A DNA stretch of 58,460 nucleotides, filler included, from Bipalium vagum (Eukaryota), in assembly GCA_037834085.1 (NCBI GenBank). It is 3 parts of 3 records of this genome, joined end to end, with 100 filler letters (N's around TTAATTAATTAA, not from the genome) between each part and the next. Parts side by side here need not be neighbours in the genome. Positions count along the whole stretch, not along the records: positions 40,217 to 58,460 come from JBBMKC010034924.1; 2 more parts are not named here. The stretch is one strand, 5' to 3'. Of this stretch, positions 47,901-58,460 are shown piece after piece. How positions within the stretch are numbered: position 1 is the stretch's first letter; each line of letters begins with the position of its first letter. The notes below the pieces were generated by a model. It worked only from the letters and a program-made list of their open reading frames with translations. It was not told where the DNA came from and did no database searches. Made by a program: the position numbers and the translations under genes.

Positions 47901-50900
47901 CTCTGGTGGTATATGGTTGACCTAGGAACAATAAATAAATTTTTTCATTACGCAGTAAACTGACCTTTTTTAGGTTGTGGCATATAGCTTAGAGCTGTTT
48001 TGAAAGATTCTTCAGCCTCTGAAAATCTTTGTAAGTTCACTAAAGTTCTTCCGACATTGATATGAGATCCAACATCATTGGGTTGAGTTCTAATTCTCCA
48101 TCAAACAAACGAAAATTTTCAATTTTAATTACTTAGAAGCAACAACAAAATATCTTAATGCTTCTTCAAACTTCTTGTCATGCTCTAAAGAGTGACCAAC
48201 ATTATTCCAAAGTTTTGCGTTATTTTTGTTGACTTGTAATGCAGACATGAAAAGAGTGAACTCATTCCTCCTGGATAATCATTGTAATATATGTAAAATA
48301 AATGTAACTATTTAAAATTTAACCAATCGAAATTCCGATAATATGTATTTGCTGCATGAGACAATAATATAATAATAAAAGATCCGTAAATACATTTTTG
48401 AAATCTAAATCATACTTATAATAAAAAATGCAATCCATTAACCATCACTTTGGGAAATGCTTAACTGATTTCTGCAACCATAAACCAATCATAAGACAGA
48501 ATCCAAGACTCGGGGTGTACAGAACACGTTCGGCAACAACAAATCCAACTGATATGAATAAATTAGAAGCAGGAAGGAATGATAAAATCATTATCAGAAG
48601 ACTCTACATTATCAATTAAATAAATAATTTTTTAATATTTTTTACCATGGCCAGAGTTTCTGAAGACTTAGTATCAATTTTTTTTATAACAGTAAAAACT
48701 AAGAGTCCAATGAAACAATGTGTGAATAAAGTTACAAATACTCGACAATCTGATAAGCTAGTTATTAAAGAGATGGTTCCCATAGTCCAGTCACAACATA
48801 GATGTAGTGGACAAAATAGCAATCTCAAATTAACTGATATGAGGTAATTGAATGTTAAGTGACGCGTCGGGAATGGTGAATGAGCTGCTGGATTATCAAA
48901 GCTGCGAAGATATTAATTAGGATTATAGATAAGCCAAGATTTATAAATCATTTGATTATAGAATTGGAATGAAAATATATATGACCCTTTAAATATATAA
49001 TTATGGAATGATAACATAAACTGAACAGGCTTTTTATGAAATCTTTTAAATTACACGTTGATTATTTATTTTCTTATTAATACATTATGATAAAATATCT
49101 ATAAATGAATTTTACTTTAAAAACACGGAAAACAATCCATGAAAGATCGTAATTGATAGGCATTTCAAAATGAAATTATATATTAAAAGACTGTCAGCTG
49201 ATTAAAGACTAAGAAAAAATAAGCTTTCAAGTTGCCAATCAATACTCACTGTACCACCACATTTCTATACACGCCCATCTCAAATAACTATCAAAATATC
49301 AAAGTCAAGTTTTTCTAGAAGTAAATTTTTATTTAAAAATTATAATTTTCAATACTTAGTCTGTTCAATAAAAGGTTTCAACATAAATAAATATATTTGA
49401 AAAAATATTTAGACACATCGTAAGAGCTTACATAATATTTTTGTGACAGTTATCAGATATACTTATTATACTTATAGTGAAAGTGATTTATTGTATAATT
49501 TGAGATATATTTTTAAACTAACATTTCTTGGTTTTAAAGAAATCAAAAGCTGAGATTCGAGATGTGTAATGCAACATTTGAATAAATTATTAAATTATAT
49601 TTCATAGTACAAATTGAGACTAATAATGATCACCTAAACAAGACATTACTTAGACAATAAAAGGTTGTAGAACAATAAAATTTACAAAAAAGATTACATT
49701 TTTTATATTTATCTTTTATTTTTTATCCACAGTGAGACAAGAAAATCAATATTTCTTGCGTTTAAGAAAGCAATTTTTGAATTATTTATATCAATAATAA
49801 TCACTGAAATAAATACTTCTAATATAGAAGATAGTTCCAAAAATGAATTTTGTGTCTTAGTAGAGAGAAATATTCAATTATTACAATACAGCATCCTTAT
49901 CCTACTTTTCTGATGATTATTAACAACATTTTTAATTAACCTAATAGTCCTATCACATAATTCATATACTATTCAATGTTTCATAACTCTGTCAGATCTT
50001 TGACAAATAAATACCAATTAATTATTTAAATAAAATTACAAAGAAATGTAACACATTAACTAGATTGTTTTAATGATTGTCATTACTTGAAAAATTATTT
50101 TAAAAATTCCTGCAAAATAAGATATAAAATTTACTCGGTAAAAAATGGCATATATTTCCCATTTATTTTTAAACGAAAAAACATTATTAAGCCAGCTTCC
50201 AAAAAGATGACCACTGCTCTAATACATCGGACAGCATATTTGTTTTCTTCACTATTTTTACTTTTCATCATCTAAGCACTTTCATTAAATATTATTATCA
50301 AATAAAATCCTTACTCGAACAATATAGAATGCTTCCAGACCAATACATACACCAAGAGCAGTAACACACTGCTCTTTACACAGTGTGCCAACGGAAACTA
50401 GTATTAGGACAAGAAATATAGCACAAATATCTGAAATCAATATCTAATTTTAAAAAAATATTAAACCAAATTATTTTTTATTAATTGAGTAAATTTATAA
50501 GTAAATTTATTATTTTTCAGGTATAAATCGATTTTGTTTAGTTAAAAGTATTAACAGTACCTTTAAGACTAAATTGGTTATTTTTGACAATATTGATATA
50601 AATCAGCAGAGACAACAAGAAAAAGACACTGCTCAGTAACTCAGCTCTGCCAACTACACCTGTTACCTGTGTTAAGAAAAACGATTTTCACTTCATATTT
50701 TAAATAAAATCTTTCATAAAATCAAACTTAATAATATTTTATAAATAATAATAATAATAATAATAGTTTCATTTTAATAAAAAGGCCTGTTTAACACATT
50801 TGATGTAGCATTCTCAAATCATATAAAAAATTTGAATTTAAAATATCATGCGGATTATTTTGATATTTGATAAAAATACGATATCATCTATTTGAATAAT

Positions 50901-53900
50901 AAAAGAAAAAAATTAATTCTCAATAACAGATTAAGCGGGTATTCTTACCATATTAAAAAAACACAATGACACAAGCTAATTGGAAAACTATTACCAAAAA
51001 CAGAGTAATCAGAGATGTCACAAAACTGTTTTTAAAAGGAATCACGGATCATGTTTTTTTTACCGACTCGGTCAAAAAACATACTTGAAACGATTGACCG
51101 GTCAAAAAAGAGATTTGGAATGAATCAGAAAAAATAACAAAGTTAATAATTTTCTTTTTACAAATTTATTAAATAAAAAATTGATTTGCAGTTTCTCGAT
51201 TGAATATTTTAGCGCCACATTCATTCATTTAGATATAATTTCAAGAGATCACCACAGTTTTCCTCCAATTCAATTCATTTCGGGTGTGAGCGCCAGTCTC
51301 CCTATCAACAAAATTCATCTTGTGGTTGACAGTTCGATGAACATAAATTTCATCTTTAGACAGTTGAGAACATGGGTTCTCAAATTTTTATTGGATTTTC
51401 AAGAAAAAATCTCACATGTCTTCCTCATTTCTGCACAGAAATTAATAACGACAGATTTTGAAACGCCCGTGTCTTCAGGAATTGACTTTTATGATCTGCC
51501 CATGGCCCCTCGCTTCTAGCTTCAAAGCTATGACCCAGAACGTAAAAATTATCTTTATTTATTTATCTATATTTTTATAAAATCGTAAGAACAATAAAGG
51601 GTCAATAAGTAACTATCAATGAATGAATCAAGGAATTGTATCCTGACTCATTCGCTCATCTACACGGCAATATCCCTTAGGTCGAAAAGTGATACAGCAG
51701 TGGGATTTTTTGTACATATGGTATTTTGGGAATAATTAGGGACTGATGTGTTAAGAGAGTTGTGAATTCTTCATTCTAGACAAGGATAAGTCTTGGTTTT
51801 CCTTTTATGTGTGTGAATGATGAATATTTGTTGTATTCTGTGCTGCACAAGATTGGTGAAAAAGAGAGAAATAAACTAAGTGAAGATCAAAAAGAAATAT
51901 GAAAAAAAGATGGTGCAAAGGTTTTGCTTTATTAATGGACACATTTATTTAGAGGTACTTAGGGTACTATAAGGATTTTCTTCTTATAGAAAAATATCTA
52001 TTGTAATTTATGCAATTTTTCGTGAGCAGCGCCATAAAACAAAATCAGTAATAATTATAGTAATACCCATATATATGGAATACATATCACCATGCTGCTT
52101 ATTGATTTAATATTCACTTCTTTAATATCAACATGAAAAAATTGAGATTGGTCAAAAAAGAGACTTGATGTAACAGATCGGTAAAAAAAAACTTGATAGT
52201 CATTTCGACCAAAAAAACATGATTCGGAATCACATGTAATGTCGAGAAATCTTGTATACTCCTGTTAACGATTTTGAGAAAAATAAAAACTGTTGTTTGG
52301 AGCGCAAATATATTGTCATTTTTCATTCAAAATCGTATTTCATGTCGTACACTAATATTTTTATTTTACATTAATTTAACGATTTATTAAGCTTTTGTTG
52401 TCATTTTATGTTTTAATAATATTTAAAAAGGTTTTTTAGTTAAGAGTTTTACATATCAGGTTGAATATTAGGTTCTTGCCTAACGTTGCCCCATGGCGAA
52501 ACAATTACATCCGACCAGTACTGTGAACAATTGACACAATTATCAGTCGAAATACGAAATAAATACCCGATTTTAGCCAAAAGAAAGGTGTTATTCTACA
52601 CCATGGCAATGCAAGGCTACACGTTGCAATCAAAACCATTCAGAAGGTACACAAACTGGGTTGGTAAGTTTTTATTCATCCTCCATATTCACCTGACATG
52701 GCTCCATCTGACTACTATTTATTTCGTTCTTTGAAAATTTACTTATACCAGAGATCATTTTGAATAAATTAACAATTTTTTTGAAAAATCTGTTTTTTCA
52801 TTTTTGCTTAAAAGTCGGCAAGAACTTTCTGTTCAACCTAATATAATTTATTTTTATTGATTTTACAATAAAATCGGTATTTTTCAAATAAGAATCAACT
52901 AAGTTACTTCATTTGGAAAGTTTCAGAGAAAGAGATCTGAAATAAAATGGAATCACATTTGCCCACATTTGACATATTACTAATTAAAAACGGTAGTGAT
53001 TTTCAAGTTAAAACGTACAGAAATCTTCACAACAGATATAATATATATGGTCCTTAATTGGTGTAACTTTTTGTCATTTTAGGTCGTATGACGGACACTA
53101 ATTTAAACTTTAGTTTTCTGCAGCACATATCCTCGAATGAAAATTATAGTCAAAAATTGTTACTAGCAATGGAAAAATATTCTTCAAGGACAAGTTTTTA
53201 TTTAGATTACACGTGAAATTCATATTTCCGATGGTCTTAGACGACCCCTGACAAATGTCATTTGACCTCCAAATAGGGCCGCGACCAATAGGTTACCTTC
53301 ATCATATCAAAATCTTTTTAAAAAATTTATTTACAGTTTTCAAAATATCACAAAATTTTATTTTTTAATTATAACAATATTAATAGAATAAAAATTATTC
53401 CTTCAATTTGAACTCTAAAGATTTTTCCAAAAAAACATGTAATATCAGATTATTATCTGACTATTCAACCCTGTTTTAAAATAATTTTCAATATTAATTA
53501 TTAATTTATTCATTGTAATATTGTTTTAGAAATTACTGCGGTATTTATAACTTAGGCCGAATGTAATTTAAAGGAATTTTTATGTTTAATAAATTTCTAT
53601 GAAAAATTATTTGAATTCTAGCAGAAAATTTCAATCGGATTAATTATACCATTAGTGGAAAATTAATTTCACTTTAAATTAATCTAGGCTCTAAATTAGT
53701 TGTTTTAAAGTTAATCAAATAATTTAAAATGTTTTTAAGGATATATTTTACTTCTCAGGCCATTTAAAACAAAAACCAAAAATAATTCGTGAAGTAAAAC
53801 AGAATTACATATCCAAAATAATATATCACATATATTTCTTAATTTTGTCAGTTTATTCTAATCTGGTCCAAAGAATTCAGAATCATTAAACATTGTTGAC

Positions 53901-54644
53901 TTACCTAGATATTAGTTATTAAGAGTTAAGATATAATAAATAAAAATTTAATATATTTTTTGCCATCTAACTTTGATATTTTCTTATAGAAAAAACACAA
54001 GTCTTCACAAATCAAATTTCCATTTTAATTTGTTAGATAAAATCAATTTATTATCAATAATATAGGAAATAAATTTAGTTTGATTTATAAACACAATAAA
54101 ACTAACTGCCTCTGTGTGGATAGGATGAACCGCAAACAAAATTGCACTGAGAAAAGAATGTATGATGTCAAAGTATGTCGAACATAATCTTAATGTATTA
54201 AAAGAATCAAGCATAAAATAAATAATAAAAAATAATGACTTTCATAATTATCTAAAAATAATTTCATAATCTAACTTACTGAAAGAATAATATCACTACA
54301 ACTGCATGCAAGATAACATTAATAGCATGGTATCCTGAAGGATTTAATTCCCCTAAAATATAATTCCAACGAAAAGTTAAAACAGTCAGAGGTCTATATG
54401 ATTTATGGCTTCTTTCCTATTAAAACTTTAAAAATAAATATTAAAGCACTATGCTGACTTGGTGGATTGGGGTGCCCCAAAAATCATTATAAAAAATGCT
54501 ATACAGGGGAGTTTCGGGTCGTAAATCCTTATTATCTTTAATTGCAGTTACGTCATCAAAAACAAATCCACAATCTAAAGAATTGAAATATAGTAATATC
54601 GATGTAGCACTTAATAAGCTTATTAGCGCTATTTTTGGAATCAT
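44972..54644 (-). CDS. TMTC3: Protein O-mannosyltransferase TMTC3 (multi-exon; TM region plus TPR repeats)
   Basis: [15 protein letters not shown]...[105 protein letters not shown]. The junctions inspected are GT-AG. Confidence 0.95.
45405..45904. mobile_element. Short TIR element remnant in TMTC3 intron
   Basis: TA-flanked imperfect inverted ends CGTGGT..GAGATA / TATCTCACCACG. Confidence 0.5.
51150..51545 (-). mobile_element. Mariner C-terminal remnant in TMTC3 intron
   Basis: Minus-strand remnant ending ...[21 protein letters not shown], adjacent to repeated GGTCAAAAAA(G/C) terminal motifs at 51070-51120 and 52150-52220. Confidence 0.55.
52456..52841 (+). mobile_element. Internally deleted mariner (MITE-like) in TMTC3 intron
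   Basis: TA-flanked TIRs TCAGGTTGAATATTAGGTTCTTGCC / GGCAAGAACTTTCTGTTCAACCTAA. Remnant HGNARLHVA and [19 protein letters not shown]. Confidence 0.88.
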
Positions 54645-56689
54645 GTATCTCTAAAATTATAATAATTAAAATATAAATAAAGAATATATTCTGAAATCAA
54701 TCAATAAAATTTTAACAAAAAAATCATAATCAATAATTCATGTCTAAACTTATTTTTATAACATTAAATTATAATTTAAAATCAAAATGTATTAAGTTAT
54801 AATTTTAAAAATAAACTAAATTTGTATAGATGAATTTAAAGAAAACAATCAAAGTTATTTTATTTCTTTCTTATTTTTAGAATTAATTATTAAAAAATTA
54901 ATTGTAGCCAAAATCAACTGAAAAGGATATTTGTATAATATTTTCATATATAAATTTGAAAATAAAACTATTTAAAAATACTTTAGGTCTAATATTAATC
55001 AAATTTCAATTTTGATCTGATCGGATTATTTTTTGATACTTAATTTTTAAAATAAAAACAAGATTGAATAAAACTAAAGTGAAAAAAATATCTCAATTCA
55101 TTTCAATGTATATTAAATATTTCGATTAGATCTACTGTTGGTGGATTTTGGGCCTTTCTCCATTATTTGATAGTCTAGTCTAAACTAACGTGTGTTACTA
55201 AATTAATTTTCTACAATTGTTTTACAAGTATGCGTTGATCATATTTAAACATAAATTTCTTTGCTCGTTTATAAAATAGCTGATTCTATTATAAAATGAA
55301 TTCATTATCTTTATTCTGCTTAATTACAAGACCACTATTGGTTTGTGGAATTTCGTGACAATTTTCTCTTTTTGCCTTTGTTCCTTTTGCTAATATGCAG
55401 TAAAATATTAACTAGATATTGGGCTTTTCTTATCTGACTACAATTTTTAAATTGATAATAGTTGGTTTGACAAACGAGTAATAAAATTAAATGAATAAAT
55501 AAAATAACAAATAAAATTATATTAATCAATAATAAATTAATTCAAGGACAATTTTTACTCGATTCCAATTATCGTCTTCTTTTTCAATTCGTTGAGATTT
55601 GTTCCTCAAAGCTTGTTTTCTCCTCAGTGATTGCTCAATTCTCAATATTCTTTTAAATTTTCTCAACCTACTGAATTTTCAATGATGTTCTAAATTTTGT
55701 TCAGACAACTATGCGAATTCGTACTTCCTTCAAATTTTGGGAACTTCACCACTCCAGTAAATCGGAGGTTTCAGAGCTCATTTCATTTGTCAATCATTTT
55801 TGCCCCAAGCAGCCACTCCTGCCTTGCAAGCACTTAATTTCTATCTGGGGTGCCCTACCTCTTGTCTTCTTTTTCATAAACTGAAAACCAGAATCTTTAA
55901 TTATGGGATCAGCTGAAACGTATTCAACTGTGAACGACGTGAAAATCAATTTTCTTTAGTCATCTCCTTTCATCCGTCTCATTCAGCCCTTATTTCATAA
56001 TAACTAACATTACACTTTCAAAAGAAATTTTTATATAAAAAAGTTAAGAAAATAAAACTATTGATTAAAAAATAAATTATCATATTTGGTTTTGATTATT
56101 CAAAGAAACCATAACTAGCTGCACTGTATATTACAGTTTAGCTGAATATTTATATTGATTTGTTATTATTCTTATTTTTTTCGTGATCAAGATGCAAATG
56201 ATTTAATGAAATCAACTTTCTTGTATAATTCGTTTATGCTGTATATCTGTATTCATTCTTTCTTACGCTTTATACATTTTTACTTTTTTGAAATAACGAA
56301 CTTTTACTATATTTATTATTATTTTTTTCAATATTTACTTAATATTTTATAAAAAAATATATTTTGCAGCAATATTAAAATCATTAACTTTAATCTTTTA
56401 AGAAAAAAATCATACAATTATTTTATATATATTATATAGTAGTGGGAAAGTTGTTTTTTATTATAACTGTTGAAAATGGATAAATATAGTTTTATTTATA
56501 ATGAAATTTTCATTTATTTGTTTAAAAAATCAATATAAGGGGTTCAAATAAATAATGCGGATTTATTTAAACTAGATTTAGAGATATCGAAATATAAATC
56601 AATATGTTTAAATTAATAGGGTAATCATTTAAATTTTTACAATATATTAATAATTGCAAAATTTTTTGATCTAAATATGTTAAAATTTA

Positions 56690-57030
56690 CTCCAGGCAAA
56701 GAACACTTGCGGAAAGTTCTCATTCATTACTTCATGACGAACAAAACTGCCGCAGAAAGCGATTTTATAGAAAACATGTAACATCTTAGGACACATGCGA
56801 GCGTTGAATTCACCTCTTCAGAAGTTATGACTTCAGTGTAAAGGATAAAGAATACCCAGGTTGTCCTTCCAAATTTGAAAACCACGATTTACAAAATTTA
56901 TTGGATGAAGATGCCTGTCAAATAAATTTGCAATAAGATTAAATGTTACCCAGCAATTAAAAAGCGTTCGCTTACATTATATGGGTAAGATTTTAAAGGA
57001 AGGAAAATGGGAACCTCATTAAAGACAACT
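56690..57030 (+). mobile_element. Mariner (Mos1-like) N-terminal fragment
   Basis: KEHLRKVLIHYFMTNKTAAES, PGCPSKFENHDLQNLLDEDACQ, MGKILKEGKWEPH. Confidence 0.8.
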
Positions 57031-58270
57031 AGAAAACCGAAAAGTATGTAATAAATTTTTTATGTATTAAAATTTAAACCTTATTATATTTATTATTATA
57101 TTATTATTTAACGTTTTAACGGCATTCGCACAAGACAAAAGAACAGTATAAAGATTTTTTTATATAAATAGAAATCTATTGATAAAAACTGGCTTGTTTC
57201 TGGTATACTTAGCGAAGTCACAAAAAGTAGGACTGGCAGTATGCTGCGAAGATCTTTATGGAGAAGCATCTATAGTAAATCAAATGATGGAAAGCGTTAA
57301 ACATTAATATGATCAGTGATAATTGACGTTGTCCTGTAGGATTAGATATCATTTTCGAGAATACGTATCTTTCAGTAACAGTTTTAGTATGATGCAGATA
57401 ACCATTTGAAACCTGCAAAATAGAAAAAAATATTAAAAAGAAATTGAAATATAAAATAATTTAATTTAAAGACTTAATTTATAGTGTTAGGGAATGAATA
57501 ACGAGTTGATGATGAGATGAAAGTTTTTGTAATTAATGATTAAATAAAGATTTTACGAATTTAAAAATTTTGACATTCACTGCCTTTTTTTTGAAACTCC
57601 CACACTACCATTTGCTGCCATCATATTTAAAATAATTCAATAAGTAATTATTAATTTTTAAGTGGATATAAGTCATACATAACAAATATTATTTATATTT
57701 TGTTGTAAATTAACTCATAAAATTGCAAACTTTATTAAAATTAATAATGGTATTGACGAGTTCTTTAGTAAATTAAATCATTTAAGCAAGGGGAAATCAG
57801 AAAACTTGAAAAAATTGGAAAAATTAATTTTTCGATAAAATAACAGGTGATGACAAAATTTAAGACAAACTTTGATGTCTCATTCTTTGTTAAATATTCA
57901 TTGTAATAAATAATATGCTTTAATACATGTATAAAATACTACTTGTTTATATAACCTAAAAAGTCAGTAATACTTAAATTTTAATAATGTTACTATTATA
58001 CTTCAAAGTAGTAACGTGTGCTCTTGTACTCGTAACTCCTCACTTTTATAAATTGTTGTGTCCGTCCCTCTCAGCCTTATCTGAATCAAAATCCCCACAA
58101 TAATACTGAATCCGCACCCTTAAGAATTGAATCAAGTCGTCTACAATAAAACTTTTTTGATAAAAATTCACGATTGTCAGAGAATCCATTAGCCTAATAT
58201 GTAGAAATCCCCATAGTGGGATTTTGACATCAGGCTTTTTAAAAAAAATATTTTTTTTAATAAAAAAATT

Positions 58271-58302
58271 TTATTATTATAATTATTAATTAATAATTTT
58301 TC

Positions 58303-58340
<38 letters not shown>

Positions 58341-58360
58341 TCTTATAATTATTATTATTA
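58271..58360. repeat. (ATT)n microsatellite
   Basis: Imperfect TTA/ATT trinucleotide run. Confidence 0.9.
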
Positions 58361-58460
58361 ATTCAAAAACCCAACAATTATAATCATGCTCAAAAGTGTT
58401 AGCCATGTAGAATTTATTACCAAAAATAAAGAAAATGTTTTATTTAACTGTTTTAATCTA

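Noticed and set aside
51181-51519. 112-aa + strand ORF nested in a TMTC3 intron
   Set aside because: Antisense to a mariner remnant.
51060-52220. Recurring GGTCAAAAAA motifs as a CRISPR-like array
   Set aside because: Few copies, irregular spacing, eukaryotic intron, adjacent to mariner remnants; most likely transposon terminal repeats.
53225-53300. hAT-like terminal sequence (GGGCCGCGACCAATAGGTT)
   Set aside because: Only one short degenerate end; no partner or TSD found.
55540-55990. Possible gag-like remnant on the minus strand (PKFEG)
   Set aside because: Too decayed to support a call.

Overview
Very AT-rich eukaryotic (animal) genomic DNA. The many 40-55 nt introns and the TE content are consistent with a flatworm such as a planarian, but that is inference. 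The window is three contigs joined by two artificial 100-nt N/TTAATTAATTAA linkers. Host genes are a 7-exon ZPR1 (+), an intronless 1565-aa ABCA-type transporter (-) with both ATPase sites degenerate, an unannotated 6-exon ~211-aa orphan gene (-) head-to-head with a classical PH-domain dynamin (+, cut off by a gap), and multi-exon TMTC3 (-). About 14.3-21.0 kb is a decayed Polinton/Maverick remnant (integrase C-terminus, adenain-type protease, pX-like protein, Zn-finger and membrane ORFs) carrying a nested DD41D Tc1/mariner. The rest is decayed mariner, Tc1, pogo/Tigger and Gypsy fragments plus a tRNA-Ala-like pseudogene in a dynamin intron. The strongest candidates for novelty are the putative ATPase-dead ABCA, the Polinton remnant with its shared start motif and intergenic hairpins, and the orphan gene. 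All family assignments come from reading motifs by eye; no searches were run.
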